A DNA stretch of 39,543 bases from NCBI GenBank assembly GCA_943354575.1, contig CALRCL010000004.1, positions 1 to 39,543 on the forward strand. Direction: 5' to 3'. Both the position numbers and the translations under genes were made by a program. Source of the stretch: Patescibacteria group bacterium UBA4664 (lineage in GTDB: Bacteria > Patescibacteriota > Saccharimonadia > CAILAD01 > BJGX01). Shown here one piece after another: positions 1 to 9,957 of the stretch. The notes beneath the pieces are model-generated. The model did no database searches. It was not told the origin of the DNA and worked only from the letters and a program-made list of their open reading frames with translations. Positions within the stretch are counted from its first letter, which is position 1. Each line of letters opens with the position of its first letter.

Positions 1-79
1 GGTGGAATTGGTAGACACGCCAGTCTTAGGAACTGGTGGGGTAACACCCGTGGAGGTTCGAGTCCTCTTCTCGGTACCA
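1..79 (+). tRNA. tRNA-Leu(TAG), truncated at the 5' end by the window edge (about 7-8 nt missing), CCA encoded
   Basis: Anticodon stem ccagt/actgg with loop cTTAGga. Long class II variable arm (tggggtaacacccgtg). T arm ggagg-ttcgagt-cctct. 3' acceptor strand tctcggt, then discriminator a and cca at 77-79. Confidence 0.85.
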
Positions 80-87
80 TAAAAAAT

Positions 88-114
88 ACTCCAGCTTGTC
101 TGGAGTCTTTTTTT
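88..114 (+). terminator. Intrinsic terminator after tRNA-Leu
   Basis: Stem actccag (88-94) / ctggagt (100-106), 5-nt loop, followed by c + T7 (108-114). Confidence 0.7.
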
Positions 115-207
115 ATATGATTCCGCAATCCCTACCGCCTCTTCGACCGACACCAAAGCTCCAAGCTACCATCGCTTCAATTTAATTTATTTTTTTATTT
201 AAATACC

Positions 208-219
208 ACTTTTGCCATC
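208..219. repeat. 12-nt direct repeat, copy 1 (acttttgccatc)
   Basis: Exact 12-mer also present at 391-402. The two copies bracket the structured element at 223-378. Confidence 0.6.
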
Positions 220-248
220 CTTTGCCGACATCGAGCACCAAGAAAGCA

Positions 249-349
249 ACAGACTAGCGGGCTAATCTGAATTTAAGGATTGTTTGTAGCCCTGAAGCGT
301 TAGCAATCAGGGCAAGTTTATTCTTAAATCAGATTGCCTGGTAGTCTGT
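249..349. ncRNA. Candidate structured RNA or palindromic element: a 101-nt imperfect rod-like hairpin of unknown class
   Basis: Basal stem acagacta (249-256) / tagtctgt (342-349). Middle stem aatctga(a)tttaag (264-277) / cttaaatcagatt (323-335), 13 bp with one bulge. Apical stem gccctga (289-295) / tcagggc (307-313) with an 11-nt loop. An outer gccgac (223-228) / gtcggt (373-378) pairing is possible. No ORF. Confidence 0.3.
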
Positions 350-390
350 GGCGCTTATTGGGGCGAAGCACAGTCGGTTGGTTTTATATT

Positions 391-402
391 ACTTTTGCCA
401 TC
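391..402. repeat. 12-nt direct repeat, copy 2 (acttttgccatc), embedded in a small hairpin at 389-410
   Basis: Identical to 208-219. ttactttt (389-396) pairs with aaaagtaa (403-410). Confidence 0.6.
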
Positions 403-571
403 AAAAGTAATGGCTAATGAGATATTCAGTTGAAGACAACAAAAAGATTAATCGTAATAATATTGCTGCAGGTATCTGCTATCGGTGGACGAGGAGCAAT
501 TAGATAGTTTTAAACTCGACACATTTTGGTACTAGAAATTATTATTTCAATCTGATATACTTAGTCGCGTT

Positions 572-1849
572 ATGATCAAATCTACCAATAAAAAGTCCGG
601 CAGCACAATGACATTGACCATTTCGGTCGATGCCCAGTTTATTGAGCCCTACAAAACAGCCACCTTAAAAAAGCTCAAAAAAGATCTTAAGGTCGATGGC
701 TTCAGACCCGGGCATGCCCCAGACAATATCGTAGTTCGAGAGCTAGGCGAAGCCCGCGTGCAGGCCGAAGTCCTAGAAGAGGTCATTGACCACGCCTTCA
801 ATAACCAAATGCGCGAGCACAAAATTGAGAGCCTCGGCTCACCAAGCATTGATCTGGTGAAATTCGTTCCCTATACCGAGCTCGAATTTAATGCAGAGTT
901 TCCGATTGCTCCAGCCATCGACTTTGATTATTCTAAACTCAAAATCAAAAAACCGACCGTTAAGGTTGAGCCTTCCAGGGTCGACGAAGCCATTGCTACA
1001 CTTCAAAACCAAATGGCCAAACGCAAGACCACCAAGCAACCCATCAAGTCGGGCGATGAAGTTCGGTTTGACTTCGAAGGCAAAAGAGCGGGTAAGCTAG
1101 TCGATGGTGCCAGTGCCAAGAACCACACCATGACGGTCGGCTCAGGCTCATTCATACCTGGCTTCGAAGAAAACCTAATTGGCTTAAAACAAGCTGACAA
1201 GAAGATTTTTGAAGTAACTTTCCCAAAAGACTATCATGTAGAGGACCTAAAAAACGCCAAGGTGGCTTTTGGGGTCAAAATAAATGAAGTATTTGCAGTC
1301 GATATGCCTAAAGTCGATGACGAATTCGCCAAAATAGTAGCCAATAAGCCTAACGTCAAGGAGCTCCGAGACGACATCGAAAAAGTTCTTGCCGAACAGT
1401 CTCAAGAGCAAAACAACAAAGACTACGAAAATCAGATTCTAGACGAGCTATTAAAAAAGGCAAAATTCGACGCCCCAGCTCAGCTTATTGATCAGCAGGT
1501 TCAGCAGTTAGAGGCTGAGATGGACAAAAACCTCGAAAACTCTGGTATGGACCGTAAAAAATACCTCGAGATTCAAAAACGCACCGAAGATGACCTCAAA
1601 GCCGAAGTTCGGGCTGAAGCCGACAAGAGAGTTCGGGCAGCACTTTTGCTGCGCGATGTCATTAGGCGCTACAAGCTAACGGTATCGGAGCTAGAGATCG
1701 ACCAAGAACTTGCCAAGATGGCCGAGCAATATAAGAGCGACCCTAAAATCCAAGAAGAGCTAACCCATGGCCATTTCCGCGAAGACCTCAACAACCACCT
1801 GCTAACCCAAAAAGCAATTGCCCAGCTCACAAAGTTCGCTAGCGCCTAA
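572..1849 (+). CDS. tig: Trigger factor
   Basis: 425 aa. N-terminal ribosome-docking signature GFRPGHAP (GFRxGxxP). Typical three-domain length. Followed by clpP, as in many bacteria. Confidence 0.93.
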   Translation: MIKSTNKKSGSTMTLTISVDAQFIEPYKTATLKKLKKDLKVDGFRPGHAPDNIVVRELGEARVQAEVLEEVIDHAFNNQMREHKIESLGSPSIDLVKFVPYTELEFNAEFPIAPAIDFDYSKLKIKKPTVKVEPSRVDEAIATLQNQMAKRKTTKQPIKSGDEVRFDFEGKRAGKLVDGASAKNHTMTVGSGSFIPGFEENLIGLKQADKKIFEVTFPKDYHVEDLKNAKVAFGVKINEVFAVDMPKVDDEFAKIVANKPNVKELRDDIEKVLAEQSQEQNNKDYENQILDELLKKAKFDAPAQLIDQQVQQLEAEMDKNLENSGMDRKKYLEIQKRTEDDLKAEVRAEADKRVRAALLLRDVIRRYKLTVSELEIDQELAKMAEQYKSDPKIQEELTHGHFREDLNNHLLTQKAIAQLTKFASA

Positions 1850-1873
1850 GCTGTGCTAAAATAGTTACTATAT

Positions 1874-2464
1874 ATGAACAATCAAATACTTATCCCCACA
1901 GTAATCGAAAAAACCAGCGCTGGCGAGCGAGCCTACGATATATACTCCAGGCTACTTAAGGAGAGAATTATATTTTTAGGTACCGAGGTAGACGATACCG
2001 TTGCAAACCTAATTATCGCTCAATTGCTATTTTTGGAAAGCGAAGACAAGCACGCCGATATTAAGCTTTATATCAATTCGCCAGGCGGTAGCGTAACTTC
2101 AGGGTTGGCGATATACGACACTATGGAACTAATCAAACCTCACGTCAGTACAATTTGTGTCGGAATGGCTGCTAGTATGGGAGCTTTTCTGCTGGCTTGC
2201 GGCGAAAAAGGCAAAAGATTTGTACTGCCCAACTCTCGGGTCATGATACACCAGCCCTCGGGCGGCTTTCAGGGCACAGCCTCAGATATCGAGATTACTG
2301 CCAAAGAGATCATTAAAATTCGCGAAAAACTCAATATAATTCTGGCTGAAAAGACCGGGCAAAAGGTCGATAAAATAAATTCTGACAGTGACCGCGACTT
2401 CTGGATGGATGCCACAGAAGCCAAGAGCTACGGCATAGTCGACAAGGTTGTCGAAAAAAAGTAA
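1874..2464 (+). CDS. clpP: ATP-dependent Clp protease proteolytic subunit
   Basis: 196 aa. ERIIFLG..., active-site context [11 protein letters not shown] (Ser), MIHQPSGG (His), [10 protein letters not shown] (Asp). Confidence 0.97.
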   Translation: MNNQILIPTVIEKTSAGERAYDIYSRLLKERIIFLGTEVDDTVANLIIAQLLFLESEDKHADIKLYINSPGGSVTSGLAIYDTMELIKPHVSTICVGMAASMGAFLLACGEKGKRFVLPNSRVMIHQPSGGFQGTASDIEITAKEIIKIREKLNIILAEKTGQKVDKINSDSDRDFWMDATEAKSYGIVDKVVEKK

Positions 2465-2482
2465 TTTAACACCTAAAAACTA

Positions 2483-2511
2483 TTGACTAACACCCCATAT
2501 TAGTCTAATAT
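2483..2511 (+). promoter_or_regulatory. Sigma70-type promoter candidate for rpoBC
   Basis: TTGACT (2483-2488), 17-nt spacer, TAATAT (2506-2511). Confidence 0.5.
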
Positions 2512-2542
2512 TTATCTTTATAGAGGACGATTAAACTTTTAT

Positions 2543-2583
2543 ACCGGTTATTCCATTGGGATAATGGAACCTGTCGGTTTTTT
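2543..2583 (+). terminator. Terminator-like hairpin plus T-run between clpP and rpoB (clpP terminator and/or rpoB leader attenuator)
   Basis: Stem ttccatt (2551-2557) / aatggaa (2563-2569). Outer accg (2543-2546) / cggt (2575-2578). Then T6 (2578-2583). The stem is AT-rich, so its strength is uncertain. Confidence 0.4.
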
Positions 2584-2630
2584 ATCGGTTTAGAAAAACC
2601 TCTTCTTCAACTTAACCAAATAACTAAGTA

Positions 2631-5600
2631 ATGAAAGAGGAGACACTACAATATATGGCAAATTCCGCCAGCCCTAGAAAGTACTTTAATAGCCAGGACA
2701 TTCCGTTACCACTACCAGACCTAATTAAAATTCAGCTGGATTCCTACAATTGGTTCTTTGAAGAAGGCCTTAAAGAATTGTTTGAAGAAATCTCGCCAAT
2801 CGAAGACTTCACAGCTAAGAAGTACGAACTCAGCTTCAAGAGCTATAAATTCGATAAAGAAAAAGTTTCTGAAGAAGTGGCCAAAGAAAAAAACCTCAGC
2901 TACGAAGCTTCACTTAAAGCCACTATTGAACTACTAATCAAAGAAACCGGCGAAGTTAAAGTGCAAGAAATATTCTTGGGCGACTATCCGGTCATGACCG
3001 CACGAGGTACTTTTATCATCAACGGCGTCGAAAGAGTTGTGGTTAGCCAGCTTAAAAGAACTTCAGGCGTATTCTTTACCCGCGACGGCTCTGCCGATTA
3101 TTTCTCGGCCAAAATTATCCCAAGCCGAGGTGCTTGGTTAGAAATCGAAACCGCCCAAAACGGCGTAATGAGCGTCAAGATCGACCGCAAGCGAAAACTA
3201 CCTGTAACGACTTTGCTGCGGGCTTTTGGCTTTGGTACCGATACCGAAATCAAAGAGCTCTACAAAAATGTTGATACTGGCGAAGTTAAGCTAATCGACG
3301 AGACTCTAGCAAAAGACCCTACCAGCACTACCGCCGAGGCTCTTATGGAGGTATATAGACGAATCCGACCTGGTGATTTGGCAACCGTCGAAAATTCTAA
3401 GGCCCTAATCGACAGCATGTTCTTTGATTTCAAGAGATACGACCTTAGTAAAGTCGGCCGCTACAAACTCAACAAGCGACTTGGAGTTAATGTCAAAAAC
3501 GACCAAGAAGGTCGAGTTTTGCGCAAGGAAGACCTTGTGGCGATTATTAGTGAAGTCATTAAGCTCAGTAACAGCAATATGCCATCGGAAGACATCGATC
3601 ACCTAGGCAACCGACGACTCAACATGGTCGGTGAGCTTATGCAGAACCGTTTCCGAGTTGGGCTACTCAGAATGGAACGAATCGTAAAAGACCGCATGAG
3701 CCTCGCTGAGCCAGATTCAATCATACCTGGCCAGCTGATTAATGTTCGGCCAATTGTAGCTAGCGTAAAAGAATTTTTTGCTAGTCATCAATTGAGTCAG
3801 TTCATGGATCAAATCAACCCACTAGCTGAGATCGTTCACAAAAGACGCCTCAATGCTATGGGACCAGGCGGACTAAGCCGAGAACGCGCCGGCTTTGAGG
3901 TACGAGATGTACACCGCACTCACTATGGCCGTATCTGCCCAGTCGAAACCCCCGAAGGTCCGAACATTGGCCTTGTTAGCACGCTGGCAACATACGCCCA
4001 GGTTAACGAGTATGGATTTATCGAAACTCCTTATTTTAAGGTCATCAATGAGTTGCCTACAAGTAAAGCTGTCGGCGAGATAGCCTCTAAGGCAGTCAAG
4101 TCTAAAGACGGCAAGTCAATCGTAAAAGAGGGTGATAAAATTACTGCTGCTATGGTTAAGGCGCTTGAAAAAGCCGGCAACGAATCGGTTCGTATTAAAG
4201 CTCGAGCTACTTCAGAGATAGTTTACCTAGACGCCTCAGACGAAGAAAAGGCCGTAATCGCCCAAGCCAAAACCCCCACCGACGACAATGGATATTTTGT
4301 CCAGTCTCGCGTACCTGTAAGGGGTGTCGGTGGTGAAGCCGATGAAGAGGATGCTAACAATGTCGATTATATGGATATTAGCTCCAACCAGGTGGTTGGT
4401 GTATCAGCTGCCCTAATTCCGTTCTTGGAACACGATAATGCCAAAAGAGCTTTGATGGGTGCAAACATGCAACGTCAGGCCGTGGCTCTAATTCGACCCG
4501 AAGCCCCGATTGTCGGAACAGGTGTCGAAGCTCGCGTAGCAGAAGACTCAGGACAGGTAGTGATTGCCCAAGAAGACGGTGAAGTAATTTCGGCTGACGC
4601 CCACGAAATAACTATTAAGTACAAAAAAGCCGGTAAAAAGTCGTATAAGCTAATTAATTTCGTTCGATCTAATACCGGATCTTCGATTCATCAAAAGACT
4701 CTTGTTTCGTCTGGACAAAAGGTTAAAAGAGGCGATATTTTGGCAGACGGTATGAGCACCAAGGACGGCGAGCTTGCTCTTGGCCAGAATGTTCTAGTTG
4801 CTTTTATGCCATTTGAAGGACTTAATTTTGAGGATGCTATCATTTTGTCTCAGAGACTTGTGCATGACGACCGGTACACCTCAATCCATATCGAAACCCA
4901 CCAAACAGATGTCCGCGATACCAAACTAGGTGCCGAAGTAGTGACTCGTGACATACCAAACGTTTCAGAAGACAGCCTGAAGGACCTAGACGATGAAGGA
5001 ATCATCCGAATTGGCGCCGAAGTCGAAGCTGGCCATATTTTGGTAGGCAAGATCACCCCTAAAGGTGAGACAGATCTGTCTAGCGAAGAGCGCCTACTAA
5101 GAGCAATATTTGGCGAGAAAGCTCGCGATGTCAAAGACACTAGCTTGCGATTGCCAAACGGCACTACCGGCAAGGTAGTAGAGGTTAAGATCCTTAGCCG
5201 CGAGGCTGGCGACGATCTGCCAGCTGGCGTAATCAGCCAGATATATGTAGCAGTCGCTCAGCTCAGGAAGATATCAGTCGGAGACAAAATGGCTGGCCGA
5301 CACGGCAATAAGGGTGTAATCAGTAAAATTATGCCGGTAGAAGACATGCCTTATCTTGAAGACGGAACTCCCGTTGATATTATCCTAAACCCATTGGGTG
5401 TAGGAGCTCGTATGAACATCGGCCAAATTCTTGAGACCCACCTAGGCTGGGCTGCCCAGGCACTCGGCTATAAAGTAGCTTCACCAGTTTTTGATGGAGT
5501 CAAACTCGACCAAATCAAGGCTGAACTTAAAAAAGCCGGTCTACCAGAAGACGGTAAGGCACAGCTATACCATGGCTATACCGGTGAGCCATTTTCCGAA

Positions 5601-6161
5601 ACTACAACTATTGGCTATAAGTACATGCTAAAACTTCAACACATGGTGGACGACAAAATCCATGCTCGATCAACCGGACCATACGCTATGGTTACTCAGC
5701 AGCCACTAGGTGGTAAGGCCCAAATGGGAGGCCAAAGATTCGGTGAAATGGAAGTATGGGCCCTAGAAGCTTACGGAGCTGCCAATATTCTCCAGGAAAT
5801 TCTAACCATCAAGTCTGATGATGTTATTGGTCGCAGCAAGGCTTATGAATCAATCATCAAAAACGAAGAAATACTCGGACCAAGAATACCTGAATCGTTC
5901 AATGTTTTGGTCAAGGAATTGCAAAGCTTAGGGCTAGCAGTGGAGCTCGAAAAACCCAAGCTATCTCAGGTTATCGACGCTGAAGATTTGCTAGAGAAAA
6001 ACCTAGAAGTAGAAGCCAACGAGCTCGGTACCAACATTCTTCTCGAAGGCGATCAGGCTGCTGAAGGTGAGGCAATCGTAAATCTCGGCTCCGATGGTGC
6101 CGAAGACGACTTCCAGGCCTTGGCTAAAAAAGACACTAAGTTAACAGATAAGAAAGGGTAG
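2631..6161 (+). CDS. rpoB: DNA-directed RNA polymerase subunit beta
   Basis: 1176 aa. Hallmarks [13 protein letters not shown] (Rif cluster I), [36 protein letters not shown]. An alternative start at ATG 2655 is possible. Confidence 0.98.
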   Translation: [1176 protein letters not shown]

Positions 6162-6165
6162 ACCG

Positions 6166-9100
6166 ATGAATAGCAGTGCAAACGAACAAATGATACTAGA
6201 TTTTGACTCAATCCGATTATCGGTAGCTTCCCCAGAGACAATCCTTGATTGGTCGCACGGTGAAGTAACTAAGCCTGAAACTATTAACTACCGAACTCAA
6301 AAGCCAGAAAAAGATGGACTATTTTGCGAAAAGATCTTTGGACCATCTAAGGATTGGCAGTGTTATTGTGGCAAATACAAAGGTATTCGCTACAAGGGTA
6401 TCACCTGTGATAAGTGTGGAGTTTTAGTTACCCGTAGTATCGTCAGGCGCGAAAGAATGGGACACATCACACTTGCCGTACCAGTTACGCACATTTGGTT
6501 CTTGCGCGGCACACCAAGCCCAATCAGCCTAACTCTTAATATGGGCGTACGCGACCTAGAGCGCGTAGTTTATTTTGCCAACTTTATCGTTACTGATGTC
6601 GACGAAAAAGCCAAACTAGAGGCCATCAAGGAGCTCGAGGTCGACTTCAAGACCCGACGCAAGGCTATTTTGGTTAGGCACAAAATAAAGAACGCAGAAA
6701 AAGATGTTTTGAGTGACGAAGCCATCAACGAACTGGCCGAGCTAGACAACTCCTACAATACCGCTAAGGTCGACCTTAATGGCCTTGCCAAATATGAGCT
6801 TTTGCCTGAAGGTCGCTACCGCGAACTGAGCCAAAAGTTTGGACATATCTTCAAAGCTGGCATTGGTGCCGAGGCTATCTTGCAGCTACTCAAGGAAATT
6901 GATCTTAAAAAACTAATCAAATCACTAAGGCTAGAATCAGAAGAAAGCATTGGCCAAAAAAAGAAAAAAGCCCTCAAAAGACTAAAACTAGTCGAAGGCA
7001 TGCTTCAAGCCGGCTTACGACCAGAATGGCTCATAACTAGCCAGCTGCCTGTAATTCCACCCGACCTTCGACCAATGGTACAGCTCGACGGCGGACGCTT
7101 TGCAGCATCCGACCTAAACGATTTATACCGCAGGGTCATTAATCGTAATAACCGTCTTAAAAAGCTTTATAGGCTTCAGGCCCCAGAAGTTATTTGCCGT
7201 AATGAAAAACGAATGCTCCAAGAAGCAGTCGATGCTCTAATCGATAACAACGCACGCCGCGACAGAGCCGTATCCGCGACTGGAAGCCGCAAAAAGCTCA
7301 AGAGTCTTACCGACCTACTTAAGGGTAAGCAAGGCCGATTCCGGCAAAACCTACTCGGAAAGCGCGTCGACTATTCTGGTCGATCGGTAATTGTAATCGG
7401 ACCGCACCTCAAGCTAGACCAGTGTGGTATTCCAAAGATGATGGCACTAGAGCTATTTAAGCCATTCGTCACGGGCCGCCTAATTGCACTCGGCTTTGCT
7501 CACAATGTTAAGAGTGCCACCCGTATGATCGAGCGATCTCGATCTGAAGTCTGGGACACCCTAGATGAAGTGATTGCAGACAAGTATGTGCTTTTAAACC
7601 GCGCACCGACACTCCACCGACTCGGAATCCAGGCTTTTAAGCCTATCCTGATCGAAGGTAAGGCAATTCAATTGCACCCAATGGTTTGCGCTGCCTTTAA
7701 CGCTGATTTCGACGGAGACCAAATGGCCGTTCACGTACCACTTGGCGAAGCTGCCCAGGCCGAAGCAAAGAACATTATGCTATCTCGACACAACCTGCTT
7801 AAGCCATCATCTGGCGAGCCAGTAGTAAACCCTAGTAAAGACATCGTACTGGGATGTTATTTCATGACATCAATCAAACCAGGCAGCAAGGGCGAAGGTA
7901 AGATTTTTGAAAGTTCTGACGCAGCCATTATGGCGCATCAAGTTGAGGCAGTCGATTTGCGGGCCGGAATCAAGGTTAGAATAAACGGTGAGATAATTGA
8001 AACTTCTCCGGGAAGATTACTATTTAACGAAGTTTTGCCTGAAGGAATGGACTTCCAGAACGACCCAATGACCAAGTCCAAGCTCAAAAAAGTAATGGCC
8101 GAAGTATTTGTTCGTTTTGGAGTCAACGACACCGCACTACTCTCGGACGCAGTCAAGGATCTCGGTTTTAAATATGCAACAGTTTCGGGTATTTCGATTG
8201 GTATGGACGACCTAGTTGTACCTCAAAGCCGAACCGACATAATCGCCGAAGGCGAAAAGAAAGTGGTCGGATTTGCAAGTCAGTATAACCAAGGTTTGAT
8301 TACTGAAGACGAACGTTACCACAAAACAATTGCCGCCTGGAAAGAAGTTGGCGAAGGAGTCGAAAGCGCACTAGTAGAGACTCTGGCTAGCAGCGAATCT
8401 ACACTAACTCTCGACATCGACTCTGGCGCTCGTGCCACTATGGCGCAGGTTAACCAGATGGCTGGAATGCTTGGACTGATGCTTAATCCGTCAGGCCGAA
8501 CTATTGAGCTACCAATCCGATCCAATTACAAAGACGGACTGACCGTCCTAGAATACTTTATTAGTACTCACGGTGCTCGTAAGGGTCTTACCGACACCGC
8601 ACTTAGAACTGCCGAATCCGGTTATCTAACCCGAAGGCTGGTAGATGTTAGTCAAGACATTGTTATATCAGAGCTAGACTGTGGCGACAAAGAGGGCTAT
8701 ATCGTCAATCGAGCCGAAGCCGAAGCCGCTGGCGAAGAAGGAATTGGTGCATGGTTGGTGGGAAGAACCGCCAACGAAAAAATCGTCAACCCTAAGACCA
8801 AAAAAGTCATTGTTAAGAAAAACGCCCTGATGTTAGACGATGAAGCCAAAGAAATTAATGAAACAGACATACCACAGGTCAATATTAGATCAATCTTAAA
8901 GTGCCGAAGCTTATGGGGCATTTGTGAAAAATGTTACGGCCTAGACCTCGGTACTGGCAAGCCTGTCAAGCAAGGTGAGGCAGTCGGTATTATTGCCGCC
9001 CAGAGTATTGGTGAGCCAGGTACTCAGCTAACCATGCGTACCATGCACGCAGGTGGTGCCGCTACCGAAGACATCACTCAGGGTCTTCCAAGAGTTGAAG

Positions 9101-9957
9101 AGATTTTTGAAGCCCGAAACCCCAAGGGCCAGGCAATTCTAGCTGATGTCGAAGGTACACTTCAGATCCGCAAAAACGGCAACAAGCAAACCCTAATAAT
9201 CATCCCTAATGATCAAAAAATTACGGATTACAAGCTTGGCGCCATGAAGCCAGTAGTAAAATCGGGCGATATGGTAGAGCGTAGCCAGGTACTTGCCCAG
9301 AGCAAGGATGGCAAACGAACTATTAAGGCAGGAGGATCAGGCGAAGTCAAGGTAACCAAAGATAAAATCGCGCTTACACATTTAGGTGCCGGACTACGCG
9401 AGTACACAATTGGTGAATATGTCGAAGTAGAGCTCAAAAATGGTGATAGTGTTGAGGTTGGCCAAAGGCTTACCGAAGGACCTATCAATCTTCAGGATAT
9501 GCTCAAGCTGCGTAGTGAAGAAGCAGTACAGCGCTACGTTATTGATGAAGTTCAGGCCATTTACCTGAGCCAAGGCCAGACCATCGCTGCTAAGCACATT
9601 GAGGTGATAATTAAGCAGATGTTTAGTAGGGTCCAAATCGAAGAGCCGGGCGACACCGACTTCATATCTGGCGATGTAATCTCTAAGCCTTCACTGACTA
9701 TCGAAAACCAAAAAGCTATCGCTAAAGGTAAAAAGCCGGCCACTTATGAGCTACTTTTGATGCCAATCACAAAGATCTCTACAGGTGCAGACAGCTGGTT
9801 ATCGGCCGCATCCTTCCAGGAAACCACCCGGGTTCTAATTGGTGCAGCAATGCGAGGCAAGTCCGACCACTTGCGAGGCCTTAAGGAAAATGTGATCATC
9901 GGAAGGCTAATTCCGGTCGGAACTGGCTTTAGAAACGAAGAAGGGGGAAAAGCTTGA
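6166..9957 (+). CDS. rpoC: DNA-directed RNA polymerase subunit beta'
   Basis: 1263 aa. Zn-binding CYCGKYKGIRYKGITCDKCG, catalytic NADFDGDQMAVHVP, trigger-loop region. TGA stop. Confidence 0.98.
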   Translation: MNSSANEQMILDFDSIRLSVASPETILDWSHGEVTKPETINYRTQKPEKDGLFCEKIFGPSKDWQCYCGKYKGIRYKGITCDKCGVLVTRSIVRRERMGHITLAVPVTHIWFLRGTPSPISLTLNMGVRDLERVVYFANFIVTDVDEKAKLEAIKELEVDFKTRRKAILVRHKIKNAEKDVLSDEAINELAELDNSYNTAKVDLNGLAKYELLPEGRYRELSQKFGHIFKAGIGAEAILQLLKEIDLKKLIKSLRLESEESIGQKKKKALKRLKLVEGMLQAGLRPEWLITSQLPVIPPDLRPMVQLDGGRFAASDLNDLYRRVINRNNRLKKLYRLQAPEVICRNEKRMLQEAVDALIDNNARRDRAVSATGSRKKLKSLTDLLKGKQGRFRQNLLGKRVDYSGRSVIVIGPHLKLDQCGIPKMMALELFKPFVTGRLIALGFAHNVKSATRMIERSRSEVWDTLDEVIADKYVLLNRAPTLHRLGIQAFKPILIEGKAIQLHPMVCAAFNADFDGDQMAVHVPLGEAAQAEAKNIMLSRHNLLKPSSGEPVVNPSKDIVLGCYFMTSIKPGSKGEGKIFESSDAAIMAHQVEAVDLRAGIKVRINGEIIETSPGRLLFNEVLPEGMDFQNDPMTKSKLKKVMAEVFVRFGVNDTALLSDAVKDLGFKYATVSGISIGMDDLVVPQSRTDIIAEGEKKVVGFASQYNQGLITEDERYHKTIAAWKEVGEGVESALVETLASSESTLTLDIDSGARATMAQVNQMAGMLGLMLNPSGRTIELPIRSNYKDGLTVLEYFISTHGARKGLTDTALRTAESGYLTRRLVDVSQDIVISELDCGDKEGYIVNRAEAEAAGEEGIGAWLVGRTANEKIVNPKTKKVIVKKNALMLDDEAKEINETDIPQVNIRSILKCRSLWGICEKCYGLDLGTGKPVKQGEAVGIIAAQSIGEPGTQLTMRTMHAGGAATEDITQGLPRVEEIFEARNPKGQAILADVEGTLQIRKNGNKQTLIIIPNDQKITDYKLGAMKPVVKSGDMVERSQVLAQSKDGKRTIKAGGSGEVKVTKDKIALTHLGAGLREYTIGEYVEVELKNGDSVEVGQRLTEGPINLQDMLKLRSEEAVQRYVIDEVQAIYLSQGQTIAAKHIEVIIKQMFSRVQIEEPGDTDFISGDVISKPSLTIENQKAIAKGKKPATYELLLMPITKISTGADSWLSAASFQETTRVLIGAAMRGKSDHLRGLKENVIIGRLIPVGTGFRNEEGGKA

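Noticed and set aside
115-571. Possibility that the non-coding region encodes SRP RNA, tmRNA or RNase P RNA
   Set aside because: There is no GNRA-capped helix 8 with the AGCA/GGAA motifs, no tRNA-like 3' end (GGTTCGA...CCA) and no P4-type conserved blocks. Only a weak GAAGCA match at 365-370. I left it as unknown class.
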